Origin: an uncultured Gammaproteobacteria bacterium
GTDB lineage: Bacteria > Patescibacteriota > Microgenomatia > Levybacterales > GWA1-39-11
DNA length: 64,000 bases
Assembly: GCA_964425075.1 (NCBI GenBank)
Contig: CAYRKM010000002.1
Span: forward strand, 162,898 to 226,897
Reading direction: 5' to 3'
In this document: positions 19,013 through 28,630 of the stretch, piece by piece
How the letters are laid out: the number at the start of each line of letters is the position of its first letter
Numbering within the stretch: the first letter of the stretch is position 1
The notes under the pieces: generated by a model
The model's input: only the letters and a program-made list of their open reading frames with translations
Database searches by the model: none
Told to the model about the DNA's origin: nothing
Made by a program: the position numbers and the translations under genes

Positions 19013-20053
19013 ATGCCAACTGAAAGATTGTTCCAACCAAAAGTTGAAATTTCCCCACAATCGCCACTCGGACTTGAAGAAGTTTTGGTGGCAGGCAACA
19101 GAGGTACTTGTGGTGGAGTAAGAATGGCAATTGAAGCTGCTCAGCAGGTAGTAGATATTGTTGCAAAGCGAGAACCAATCTATATCAATTGGAACATTGT
19201 TAACAATAGATTAACCGCTCAACATTTCCAAGAACAAGGGGTTATTGATGTTGCCAACGATCTTAGCCTTGTCCCAGACGATTCGATTCTTCTTTTTTCA
19301 GCACATGGTGTTGCTCCTTCTTTTTACGAAGAGGCAGAAAGAAGAAATCTTCTTGCTATTGATGCGACTTGCCAATTGGTAGAAAGAGGACATTGGCTCG
19401 CTCGACGGGCTGCAGAACGTGGAGAACATGTATTCTATATTGGCGACGCCGCACACCCAGAAACTCAGGGGATAGTAGGTGAACTAAAAGAAGGAGAGTA
19501 TACTCTTCTTGAAAAACCTGAAGATGTAGATGCTGTATCTATTCCCGAAGGACCTAGTATTGTCCTTTCTAAGACAACACTTGGTGCTGCAGAAATTGTT
19601 CCCATAATTAAACCTCTCCATGATCGTGTAGGAGATAACTTAAAGGTTCCAACAAAACATGACACTTGTTTCGCCACTGACAACAGACAAGATGCAGTAA
19701 GGGATTTGATAGGTAGAACAAATGCTCTTCTTGTTGTTGGTTCAGGTCATAGCCACAACTCACAGCAGCTTAGATTAATTGGAGAAAAAAGTGGACTCCC
19801 ATCCTGGTCTGTAGATACCCCTGAAGAAATAGAGAGAAGTTGGTTTACGGATGAAATAAAAAAACTCGGGATCACCTCTGGAGCTTCTGTTGTAGGTCTT
19901 TACACTGAAAGAGTTCTTGATTACTTTAGAAACGAAGGAATTCCTATAACATATGTAGATCCAGTTGCAGAAGAGCCAGAAATCATGTTTAAATTACCCA
20001 TAGGCGACATCAATAAACTCAGGATGAGATATAATATGGATCCTATTCAATAA
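19013..20053 (+). CDS. ispH: 4-hydroxy-3-methylbut-2-enyl diphosphate reductase (IspH/LytB)
   Basis: NRGTCGGVRMAIEAA (first Cys motif), FSAHGVAPS, DATCQLV, VVGSGHSHNS. Confidence 0.88.
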   Translation: MPTERLFQPKVEISPQSPLGLEEVLVAGNRGTCGGVRMAIEAAQQVVDIVAKREPIYINWNIVNNRLTAQHFQEQGVIDVANDLSLVPDDSILLFSAHGVAPSFYEEAERRNLLAIDATCQLVERGHWLARRAAERGEHVFYIGDAAHPETQGIVGELKEGEYTLLEKPEDVDAVSIPEGPSIVLSKTTLGAAEIVPIIKPLHDRVGDNLKVPTKHDTCFATDNRQDAVRDLIGRTNALLVVGSGHSHNSQQLRLIGEKSGLPSWSVDTPEEIERSWFTDEIKKLGITSGASVVGLYTERVLDYFRNEGIPITYVDPVAEEPEIMFKLPIGDINKLRMRYNMDPIQ

Positions 20054-20056
20054 ACT

Positions 20057-20605
20057 ATGAATTCAAGTCCTTACTTAAAACTAAAACAAATGATTGCAAC
20101 TTGTGACAGAAAGGGCAATATCACGGGGGAAATTGAGAAATGGGAAGCACACAAAAAAGGAATTTTACACCGGGCTTTTACTGTAGCTATTATTTACAAA
20201 GGTAATTTGCTTGTTCAGCACAGAAAACACGTTGCTTTTGACGGGGTTTTGGACGTCACTATCTCTTCCCACCAATTGATGGTAAACGGTAAATTAGAAG
20301 ATACAATCCAGTCAACGCTTAATACTTTAAAACGTGAATGGAATATTTCAAAAAACGACTTGGTAAAACCCTTAAAAAATGAGGGGTTTGTTTATTACAA
20401 GGCAAAGGATAAATTTAGTGAATTTACCGAACATGAGGTTTGTGATCTTTTGGTAGCGGAAATAAAAACATTAAAAGAGCCAAATTTTGAATTCGCTTAC
20501 GGATATTCTCTTGTTATAAAAGAAGAATTAATGCGCAGGAATTCACGTCTATACAAAAATCTCGCTCCATGGGTAAAAGTAATGCTAAAGAAGAATCTTC
20601 TTTAG
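20057..20605 (+). CDS. idi: Nudix-fold isopentenyl-diphosphate delta-isomerase type 1-like protein (catalytic Cys position is Ser)
   Basis: AHKKGILHRAFTVAIIY and TEHEVCDLLVAE match IDI-1 motifs. The region corresponding to TNSVCGHP reads DVTISSHQ. Confidence 0.65.
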   Translation: MNSSPYLKLKQMIATCDRKGNITGEIEKWEAHKKGILHRAFTVAIIYKGNLLVQHRKHVAFDGVLDVTISSHQLMVNGKLEDTIQSTLNTLKREWNISKNDLVKPLKNEGFVYYKAKDKFSEFTEHEVCDLLVAEIKTLKEPNFEFAYGYSLVIKEELMRRNSRLYKNLAPWVKVMLKKNLL

Positions 20606-21978
20606 TTTGGAAGAACTTTCATTATCAATTTTACATTTTTTCCAAGTAATTTTTCCGCGGCTTTCTCAATGACACTACGGATTTGCTCACTCTTTAGTTT
20701 CTCAGCATGAATTGTAAAAGGAGTTGTAATAACTAAGGTGTCATCTACTATTTGCGCGTCTTTGCACGACTTAAGTAACGCTCCGCCTTGCTTACTATCA
20801 AGATTTACCTCTCCAACTAGTTTTAAAAGTAATTCATTGGTCATGATACTTGAAGCTTCTTTTTTCTGAATTGGTATTTCGGTTGTTGTTTTTGGTGTAT
20901 CTACTACTTGCTCAGATTTTACATCTTCACTCACTACTGTTCCAAGTTCACACCATTTTATGGTAACAAGTTCTAATGGAAGCTGGGGAATTACGGAATA
21001 TTTCAACTCAGAATATGCCTCATTTACCAATTCCAAGATCATACGAAGGTCAGATGGCGTAAAAGGTATGTCTTTCTCGTCACTTGGAATTCTACTACGC
21101 AACATTAAAATACCCCTTAGGTGATCTACAATTCTCTCGATAATCATTTTAAAATCATATCCGTTATCAGATAGCTTTTGAATAATAAGAAGTGCTTCTT
21201 TTGTTTCTTTTTTATGAAGAGATTTAAGATACGAATTTACTTCTTCTTTTATGCTATTTGTTTTATAAAGACTTTCCAATAATTTTGTGTCTATCTTTTC
21301 CCCTTTTGAGGCAAATGAGAGTTCCTCCAGAATTTTTGCTCCATCTCGAAAACTGCCTTCTGACATTTTGAAAATTTCCTCAAGAACACCTTTTTCTACA
21401 GATAATTTTTCTCCTTTTACTATTCGCTCAAGGGAAGAAACAAGTTCTTTTTGTGTTGGTTTTTCGAATTGTACTTGAAAAGTTCGAGATACTACTGTTG
21501 CGGGAAGTTTGTGAAGTTCTGTTGTTGCTAGCACAAAAACCACATGACTTGGCGGCTCCTCTAGTGTTTTTAAAAGGGCATTGAAGGCACCAGTGGAAAG
21601 CATGTGCACCTCGTCAATTATGTAAACTTTTTTGCTAAGCCCGGTGGAGGCAAATTTCACCCTTTCTCGCAGAGTTCGTATCTCATCTACTCCACCATTT
21701 GACGCAGCATCAATTTCCAAAACATCTATGTTTGATCCGTCAGTTATTGATTTGCACACATCACACTTGTTACATGGCTCGATCCCTTTTCTGTTTGGAC
21801 AATTTATGGCTTTTGCCAAAATCCTTGCACTAGAAGTTTTACCAAGTCCTTTAGAGCCCGTAAAAAGCAGAGCATGAGGAAGTTCTTTTGAAGAAAGAAT
21901 GGATGTTAATTTTTCACGAACAGCATCTAAGTCAAGTTCTGAAATTGTTTGAGGACGATATTTACGATAAAAAACCAT
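20602..21978 (-). CDS. dnaX: DNA polymerase III subunit gamma/tau
   Basis: YRKYRPQTISEL, Walker A GSKGLGKTS, Zn cluster CPNRKGIEPCNKCDVC, sensor ATVVSR. Confidence 0.92.
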   Translation of the reverse strand: MVFYRKYRPQTISELDLDAVREKLTSILSSKELPHALLFTGSKGLGKTSSARILAKAINCPNRKGIEPCNKCDVCKSITDGSNIDVLEIDAASNGGVDEIRTLRERVKFASTGLSKKVYIIDEVHMLSTGAFNALLKTLEEPPSHVVFVLATTELHKLPATVVSRTFQVQFEKPTQKELVSSLERIVKGEKLSVEKGVLEEIFKMSEGSFRDGAKILEELSFASKGEKIDTKLLESLYKTNSIKEEVNSYLKSLHKKETKEALLIIQKLSDNGYDFKMIIERIVDHLRGILMLRSRIPSDEKDIPFTPSDLRMILELVNEAYSELKYSVIPQLPLELVTIKWCELGTVVSEDVKSEQVVDTPKTTTEIPIQKKEASSIMTNELLLKLVGEVNLDSKQGGALLKSCKDAQIVDDTLVITTPFTIHAEKLKSEQIRSVIEKAAEKLLGKNVKLIMKVLPN

Positions 21979-21986
21979 GAAATGCT

Positions 21987-22080
21987 AGGATTAGTTATTA
22001 GGAATAGTTGTTAGTTTATACCCTAAAAAGAGAAAAGAATCAAACCACTCTAACTATTCCTGCTCCTGATAACTAATAAC
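21987..22080. repeat. inverted repeat (TTAGTTATTAGGAATAGTT ... AACTATTCC..TAACTAATAACTAA) between ybeY and dnaX
   Basis: Direct reading of both arms; could be the ybeY/rpsU terminator or a dnaX leader structure. Confidence 0.45.
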
Positions 22081-22087
22081 TAAAATC

Positions 22088-22474
22088 TTACCTGTGATGA
22101 AATCCAAGAAGATGCATGAGACTGTGCTCAACCAGTTCGTTTATCCTATCATCAATTAGCATATTGTCACGAGCGCACTCCTCTACCACTTTCGGGAAAC
22201 ACAAAACTATATCGCCAAGATAAAGTTTGTCGGGCGGCTGCACGGTTATGTCCCCTTCCGTTTGAGAAAAAGAGAGAACATTCGTAGACTTGTCTATGTC
22301 TCGGTATTTTTTATTAAGGGAGCGCATTTTACGAGACCCAATTATCGCAACCGAAACTTCAATTGGCCCATCAACTCGCTGTCTTTCAAGAACCTTATTC
22401 ACTGTCTCCTTAATTTTTTTACGGTTTACTTTATACCTACTTTCTATAAATATAGGGATAGACACAGCACTCAT
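22088..22474 (-). CDS. ybeY: rRNA maturation endoribonuclease YbeY
   Basis: HSLMHLLGFHH zinc-binding motif. Confidence 0.9.
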   Translation of the reverse strand: MSAVSIPIFIESRYKVNRKKIKETVNKVLERQRVDGPIEVSVAIIGSRKMRSLNKKYRDIDKSTNVLSFSQTEGDITVQPPDKLYLGDIVLCFPKVVEECARDNMLIDDRINELVEHSLMHLLGFHHR

Positions 22475-22517
22475 ATAAGATTAGTATAGGGATATTCTTG
22501 GCGTTCGTAAATAAGAA

Positions 22518-22700
22518 TTAGTAGTTATTAACTTTCATCTTACGAGCCAATTCTTTTCTAAATTTCTTAGCAAGTGAAGGTTTGAGATGAAATTCTCTTT
22601 TTTTCATCTCATGAATAATTCCCTCAGTCATTACTTTTCTAGAAAATTTTCTTATCATTGCATCAGGACTATCGCCTGGTTGTTTTTTAACAAAAACCAT
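22518..22700 (-). CDS. rpsU: 30S ribosomal protein S21
   Basis: MVFVKKQPGDSPDAMIRKFSRKV... Confidence 0.88.
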   Translation of the reverse strand: MVFVKKQPGDSPDAMIRKFSRKVMTEGIIHEMKKREFHLKPSLAKKFRKELARKMKVNNY

Positions 22701-22875
22701 AAAAAAACACCTCCTTTAGAATACTTTTTCAAACTTTATGAGCTTGAAATCTCGAATACTACGAGATATATAATCATACATTATAGTACAAACTTGGAAA
22801 AAAGAAAACTCCATAATGATTGCTATATCTAGTAAAAAGTGCTAAATTACGCCATACTAAATTAAGCTGGCACTT

Positions 22876-23664
22876 ATGGGAGCTGAAAAACTACCTGGTC
22901 ATAGTTTTCTAAATCAAGAAATAGATAGAAGAACTTTATTTAGGGGTGGGGCAAAAGTTGCAGCTGGACTTGCAACCGCTGCAGCTCTTTATGAAATAGA
23001 CAAACATGGCATAGCATTTGAGCTTCGTCCCCCGGATGAACCCCCATACCCCTTTAGCTTAGATCCTGGTGAGGAAATAATTTTTCCACCCGAATTTGCT
23101 CAAGGACGAGAAATGAGAATAACCAAACCAAAACCAGTTAAAAAAAAGGTCTTCACCCCAAATACACCTAACTATCTGGAGGAGAATCCTCAGGTACTTT
23201 GGGGACACAGGTGGGGCAATAATATTGAGAAAATGAATGAAGGATACGAAATGGGTGTGAGGATGTTTGATATTGACGCTAACATTGCTGACATTGGAGG
23301 CGAAAAAATATTTGCAGAACATGGAGATATAGTTACTTTCTGGGGAAAATTTATTGCAGTTGTCGATTGGAATGAGAGAGAATTACGAATTAGAGGAAAG
23401 CGTCCAAATACTGTTGAAGAGGTAGTGAATAATGCAAAAACACTGCCAGGCAGTTCGGTTACAATTGAGTGCAAAAGAGGAACTTTTACGAAAAGGTGGT
23501 TCAATAAATTGCTAGATATCATAGGAGATATGCCAGGCATAATTCAGGTAAGTACTTTTCAAGAGTTTGAGGTTGTACAAAACCTTATCACGGAAAGAAA
23601 TTCAGAATTTGTAACAGTGGCAATGTCACCAAATGCCCAAGAAGGATTTCAAATGGTAGCCTAA
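22876..23664 (+). CDS. hypothetical exported protein with twin-arginine-like signal
   Basis: N-terminus IDRRTLFRGGAKVAAGLATAAAL. Confidence 0.5.
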   Translation: MGAEKLPGHSFLNQEIDRRTLFRGGAKVAAGLATAAALYEIDKHGIAFELRPPDEPPYPFSLDPGEEIIFPPEFAQGREMRITKPKPVKKKVFTPNTPNYLEENPQVLWGHRWGNNIEKMNEGYEMGVRMFDIDANIADIGGEKIFAEHGDIVTFWGKFIAVVDWNERELRIRGKRPNTVEEVVNNAKTLPGSSVTIECKRGTFTKRWFNKLLDIIGDMPGIIQVSTFQEFEVVQNLITERNSEFVTVAMSPNAQEGFQMVA

Positions 23665-23676
23665 AGGATCAATTAA

Positions 23677-25491
23677 CTACGCAGCAAGTTTTGCGTCGAT
23701 TTCAGGTTTGATAATATCAATTGGCCTTTTTTCTGGAATCCAAACACTATCAATTGAAAATAGACCGTATCGGTGAAGCTGCGCAAGCATTTCAGCATTA
23801 ACTCCGGTCAAATAGAATAATTTTTCAAGCTTAGTACCTCTTATTTTTCGAGCTAAAACTTCACCCTCTAAATATTCCAGTGCCCCACTGTTGGTAAGGT
23901 TTCTTGAAGTGTCGTCTGTGTTTCCCCCAGTTCTAAAAAGCCTTAAGGTTCTATCTGTTGCATCTCTTGCAGCCTTCTGTTTATCTCCTCCGGGATTAGT
24001 TTGCATTGAAGAGTCATAAAATGCTTTAAAACAATCCCTAAATGTTCCACCTCTAAGTCTTACTGCCATGGCTTTTAAGTAATCTGTCACCACTGGTCTT
24101 ATCACTCCAAAATCTGTATACAAACAGTCTCTTTCTTTTTCAAGTCCTCCGCTTTCAGCATTAGTACCTGACCTATCCATTCCAACCCTATCAGTAATAG
24201 AAAGATTTTGTCTTTTTTTATTCTCGTGCTGAATTACATGTGTAATTTCATGAACAACTACGGGCACAGTACCAAGCCTTGCTGGTGCTAGAAATCGTGA
24301 AGCTGCAGGATTTTTAACTACTTGTTGCTTATTATCAGCTGCGAAAGAATTTCCTGAAGCGTCCACAACTTGCCATTTTTTATCAGCTGCAACTCCCACC
24401 CTGTCAGGGTCATAATCAGTTTGTGTGCTTAACAAACCATATTCTTTAAGTATTTTCTCAGTCATTTGTCTTCTCTCCTCCGATGTAATTTCCACCTGAC
24501 TGAACTTTGCCTTATCCACACCCTTAAATGTGTAATCACTGGGTGCCTGAACATCCTGACCTCTTTCTAAATCGTTTACTAATCTTATAGCCTGTTCTGA
24601 AAGCTGAGTGTAATTTTTACCATCTTTTACTCCAGCACCTCTAAAATATTTATCGAGTCTTGAGAAATTCTTCTGTGCCCGTCCGGAAGTCAATGCATTA
24701 ACCCCCTTCATTGCTTTCTGTAATCGTGGCAACAATTTAAAATCAACAGTGTGTTTTCGAGTATTTGCCTGAGTGGCATATGCAGCTGCTTCAGGATAAA
24801 GTTCTACCAACATCTCATTAAGTCTTCTTCTTGTCATCTCTACCATTAAGCGATTTGCTGCTGTTAAATTGTCCTCCCCAGTCAAGGTTTGACTGTATTT
24901 CCTAAGAACTGCCTTAAGTTTTCGTAATCCCTCAACTTTCTGTACCAATTTGTCAGGATTTCTTACTATTAGTAGTCTTGTGGGATTCATTACGCCTTCA
25001 GTAGATGCAAAATCCTTTTCTGCAAATTGACCTGCAACAGTTTCCGTTACATAATCCAAGCTAGCTTTTTGTAGCTTATCTGATGTTGGACCATCAATTT
25101 TTGAAACATCATGCTTTAAAAATAAAACCCTTACATCATCAACAGACTTTGCAGAATCAATTACATCCTTTGGTATTCCTGCTTTTACTGCTGCTTCTCT
25201 TCCTTCAGGGGTTAGGAAATATTCAAGATATAGTTGAGTAGTATTTACCTTGATTTCATAAATATTTTCAAGACCGGTTACGGGTTCTGGAGTGTTTATG
25301 CCCAATTTACTCCCTACATTGTCAGATTTTATAAGCACGTCAAGTACACCTCTCGCTTTTTCTTGTTCGGAAGCATTTAGAAGTCTGTCGGGCGGATTAT
25401 TTAGTATTTCTATATCCCTGTCCAGATCAGCCCCTCCTGGTCTTTCCGGATATAATCGTTGTGGTTCTCTTTCTGCGTTCATTTCGGCCAT
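23677..25491 (-). CDS. large hypothetical protein with HExxH zinc-metallopeptidase-like motif (DUF4157-like HEITHVIQHE)
   Basis: 604 aa, no signal peptide, R/E-rich; motif VVVHEITHVIQHEN. Confidence 0.55.
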   Translation of the reverse strand: MAEMNAEREPQRLYPERPGGADLDRDIEILNNPPDRLLNASEQEKARGVLDVLIKSDNVGSKLGINTPEPVTGLENIYEIKVNTTQLYLEYFLTPEGREAAVKAGIPKDVIDSAKSVDDVRVLFLKHDVSKIDGPTSDKLQKASLDYVTETVAGQFAEKDFASTEGVMNPTRLLIVRNPDKLVQKVEGLRKLKAVLRKYSQTLTGEDNLTAANRLMVEMTRRRLNEMLVELYPEAAAYATQANTRKHTVDFKLLPRLQKAMKGVNALTSGRAQKNFSRLDKYFRGAGVKDGKNYTQLSEQAIRLVNDLERGQDVQAPSDYTFKGVDKAKFSQVEITSEERRQMTEKILKEYGLLSTQTDYDPDRVGVAADKKWQVVDASGNSFAADNKQQVVKNPAASRFLAPARLGTVPVVVHEITHVIQHENKKRQNLSITDRVGMDRSGTNAESGGLEKERDCLYTDFGVIRPVVTDYLKAMAVRLRGGTFRDCFKAFYDSSMQTNPGGDKQKAARDATDRTLRLFRTGGNTDDTSRNLTNSGALEYLEGEVLARKIRGTKLEKLFYLTGVNAEMLAQLHRYGLFSIDSVWIPEKRPIDIIKPEIDAKLAA

Positions 25492-25518
25492 ATTATATCA
25501 CAAAACGTATACTCTAGG

Positions 25519-25893
25519 CTAGTTATGTAATTTGTGAGGACCAAAGAGATGAAAATGCAGATGAAAAATATCCTGTGCTCCGCCACCATTTACCTCAATT
25601 TTATACCCTTTTTTATCTAACCCAGTCTTTTCAATTAGATGCTTTATCGCATTTGAAATAGCGATATGAATTTTCTCATCACTAACCTCAAAAAAATCAG
25701 AAATATGCTCTTTTGGAATAATAATTAAATGAACAGGTGCAACTGGATTTATATCATCAAAAGCTAAAATGGTGTCATCCTCGTAAGCAAATTCCTTTGG
25801 AATTTCGCGCCTTGCAATTTTACAAAATATACAGTCTTTATTATCCATATTATTATTTAACCATTTTTTTAAATTCTCATTAAGCGTTTCCAC
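25519..25893 (-). CDS. HIT-family (histidine triad) protein
   Basis: CIFCKIARREIP ... HLHFHLFG. Confidence 0.88.
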   Translation of the reverse strand: METLNENLKKWLNNNMDNKDCIFCKIARREIPKEFAYEDDTILAFDDINPVAPVHLIIIPKEHISDFFEVSDEKIHIAISNAIKHLIEKTGLDKKGYKIEVNGGGAQDIFHLHFHLFGPHKLHN

Positions 25894-26318
25894 CCATTTC
25901 CCTCAAACCGTTCCTTTGCACTTGAAAATGATTTTCTTAACTGGTCTGTCCTATCAGGTAAAATCGTTTCTCCACAATTATAATAAACACAATTATAAGC
26001 TTCCATCATAGAGTCAACATCTGTTTGGGAAAGGGGAATTGAAGCTGAAAATTCTCGGCTATTTTTCAAACTCAAAAATCTATCCATAACTATTGGGGTC
26101 TGAGAATTCCAATATTCTTCAACCTCTTCCTTTCCTCCTAAATAAAAAGTAGGTGCGGTCATTTTTATTTCATGAAACCAAGAAAGAGTATCTCCCCAAA
26201 ATATAACTGCGTCTGTTGTAAGATTCACCAAGAATTGTTTCTCTCTTTGGGAAATATTTCCACCTTCTCGCTCTAGCATAATCCTATCGTCCGATTTTAA
26301 ATTCAATAACATCCCCAT
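25869..26318 (-). CDS. hypothetical protein (149 aa) between ychF and the HIT gene, with overlapping ends
   Basis: Overlaps ychF by about 35 nt and the HIT gene by 25 nt (operon coupling). Confidence 0.4.
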   Translation of the reverse strand: MGMLLNLKSDDRIMLEREGGNISQREKQFLVNLTTDAVIFWGDTLSWFHEIKMTAPTFYLGGKEEVEEYWNSQTPIVMDRFLSLKNSREFSASIPLSQTDVDSMMEAYNCVYYNCGETILPDRTDQLRKSFSSAKERFEGNGWKRLMRI

Positions 26319-27420
26319 CCTGCACTACATAATCCCTTCCCTCAAGCCGAGCACGTCCTTTGTCTCTTGCACCTTTCCACCCATTCGTCGTCGCTCCACT
26401 CATCATGGCAGGCCCACTTTCTCCTACAAAATCATTATATGACACTACTTCAGCTTTTATGAATTTGTTCATAAAATCGGTATGAATTTCACCACTTGCC
26501 TCAACGGCATTTGAACCCTTTTTTGTAGTCCAGGCTCTGACTTCTTTTTCTCCTGCAGTAAGAAAACTTATCAAACCCAATTTTTCATATGCTTTCTGAA
26601 TTAACCGCTCAAGCCCTGACTTTTGAATTCCCAATTCTTTTAAATATTCCCTAGCGTCATCTTCTCCTAATGAGGCAAGCTCACTTTCGATTTTTGCTGA
26701 AATAACTACAAAGTTTTGGCTATCAATTTCAAGTATCTCTGAAAATTCCTTTATTTTGTTTTTAATTATTTCCTCCGAATAATCCTGCTCAGCAACATTT
26801 AGAACTATTACTTCAGGTTTTGATGTAAGAAGTGACAAGGTTTTTACTACCTCTTGTTCTTTATCATTTAAAACAGCAGTCCTTGCTGTCCTTCCATCGC
26901 TTAAGTGACCCAAAAGTTTCTCAACTGCTGACTTTAGATTTTGATCAAGCCTCAAACTTTTATCATTTATCTTTCCCAATGTATCAAGATCGGCCAATAT
27001 AAGCTCGAGCTGGATAGTTTCATAATCAGATTTTGGGTCAACAGCGCCCTCTTTTATAACATCCTCGTCCTCAAAAGCACGCACAACATGTGCAATTACT
27101 TTTACTTCTCTGATGTGTGACAAGAATTTATTACCAAGTCCTGCTCCCTCTGCTGCGCCTTTTACAATTCCTGCAATATCTACGAATTCCACCATCGCAG
27201 GTTTTTTGGGCGGAAGATCATTCATTCCTACCTCTTCTTTTGTGATTTCTGCCAAGCGGTCAAGTCGCTCGTCCGGAACCGCAACTATCCCAACATTTGG
27301 CTCAATTGTCGCAAAAGGGTAATTTGCAGCCAAAGCTGCCTGTTTTTTAAGCAGTGCATTAAACAATGTAGACTTACCAACATTTGGAAGACCCACAATT
27401 CCAACGCTTAAATTCGCCAT
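26284..27420 (-). CDS. ychF: ribosome-binding ATPase YchF
   Basis: [19 protein letters not shown]-terminal domain. Confidence 0.93.
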   Translation of the reverse strand: MANLSVGIVGLPNVGKSTLFNALLKKQAALAANYPFATIEPNVGIVAVPDERLDRLAEITKEEVGMNDLPPKKPAMVEFVDIAGIVKGAAEGAGLGNKFLSHIREVKVIAHVVRAFEDEDVIKEGAVDPKSDYETIQLELILADLDTLGKINDKSLRLDQNLKSAVEKLLGHLSDGRTARTAVLNDKEQEVVKTLSLLTSKPEVIVLNVAEQDYSEEIIKNKIKEFSEILEIDSQNFVVISAKIESELASLGEDDAREYLKELGIQKSGLERLIQKAYEKLGLISFLTAGEKEVRAWTTKKGSNAVEASGEIHTDFMNKFIKAEVVSYNDFVGESGPAMMSGATTNGWKGARDKGRARLEGRDYVVQDGDVIEFKIGR

Positions 27421-27509
27421 ATCGCAAGATTATACCAAACTTGAACTTGATTCAAAATCAATTAATTACCTGAGTATTTATTCTTAGAATAAATCTGTTC
27501 ACTTTAATT

Positions 27510-27538
27510 TTGACTTCAGTTCTGATTAGGAGTATAAG
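27510..27538 (+). promoter_or_regulatory. promoter TTGACT-N17-TATAAG, 8 nt before a small-ORF ATG
   Basis: ttTTGACTtcagttctgattaggagTATAAGaaagttatATG. Confidence 0.35.
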
Positions 27539-27546
27539 AAAGTTAT

Positions 27547-27720
27547 ATGAATAAGTATCTAAAAGCAATTTTACTGCTTCTATTTTATTGGGCAATTGTC
27601 GGAACCGGAATAAGTATTATTTTGCATTTAATTGGATTCGATTTGGGTGGCGTGGGATCTGTAATCGGTTTTGCATTAGGTGTTTACTTTGCAACGACTA
27701 CAATCCGATTAAAAGATTAA
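27547..27720 (+). CDS. small hydrophobic protein (57 aa, 2 TM)
   Basis: MNKYLKAILLLLFYWAIVGTGISIILHLIGFDLGGVGSVIGFALGVYFATTTIRLKD, preceded by a consensus-like promoter; preferred over the overlapping track ORF 27588..27842. Confidence 0.4.
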   Translation: MNKYLKAILLLLFYWAIVGTGISIILHLIGFDLGGVGSVIGFALGVYFATTTIRLKD

Positions 27721-28006
27721 TAATAAATGGGATTATAAAATTATTATTTGGAGGGACAAAAAAATATGGGATTGCTTGTACTATCTGTAAAACTAGAGGA
27801 TTGATATTCAAAAAAGACAGTCACATAAAGGATTTTTTTTGAAATGTTTGGTAAAACACAGAATGGTAGTATAGAAATTAAGAGAATGTCCAAATTGCCA
27901 TTATCCACTTTCATATGACCCTAGCAAAACCAGTATCATCCTTGTCAATAAAAAATCAAAAAGTTTTTTTGACATTGCATCCGTATTATTTTATTCTGGA
28001 AGAGAC

Positions 28007-28465
28007 ATGAATTTATTTAGCCGAAGTTACGTAAAATATGGCCTTGTGATGGCTGGGGTCACTATCATTTGTCTTCTTTTGATGGAGATAACAGGGCAAA
28101 ATGAAAGCTTTGACAAATCCCCTATTGCAACTTTCTTTATATTTATTGCTCCGCTTATTGTTTGGTTTTTTGGAATCCGCGCTAAGAAAAAGAAATTGAA
28201 AAACAAATTGACCTTCAAAAAAGGTCTTGCTGAGGGATTTAGAATTTCTCTTGCTTATGCAATTATTTCACCTTTTATTTTTCTAATATATTATCTTGTG
28301 ATTAATCCAGATATTCTTACGTATGTAGGGCAAACTTATGGACTTCAAACCACATCAAAAGTATTGATAGTCTTAGTTGATATGATTGCGCAATTCATTG
28401 GTGCTATTGTTTTTGGAACAATTTATGCGGCCATTATCTCCTTTGCTCTAAAGTCAAAAAAATAG
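28007..28465 (+). CDS. hypothetical membrane protein (DUF4199-like, 4 TM)
   Basis: Hydropathy pattern and length. Confidence 0.45.
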   Translation: MNLFSRSYVKYGLVMAGVTIICLLLMEITGQNESFDKSPIATFFIFIAPLIVWFFGIRAKKKKLKNKLTFKKGLAEGFRISLAYAIISPFIFLIYYLVINPDILTYVGQTYGLQTTSKVLIVLVDMIAQFIGAIVFGTIYAAIISFALKSKK

Positions 28466-28630
28466 CTTATATTTAATTTTTCTTATTCTCATCATAATTT
28501 TATGGTAGAATATCCCATATTATGTTAGGCGGGAACATATTTGGAACATCTGCTTTTTTATTCTTGGGAAATTCTTCATTGAGTCAAACCCTTGGGAATA
28601 TTCTGATGTTTTTGGCAATATTCTCTGGAA

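Noticed and set aside
27588-27842. 84-aa track ORF
   Set aside because: The overlapping frame at 27547-27720 encodes a coherent 2-TM peptide directly behind a TTGACT-N17-TATAAG promoter. The track ORF is C/R/N-rich with no signal.
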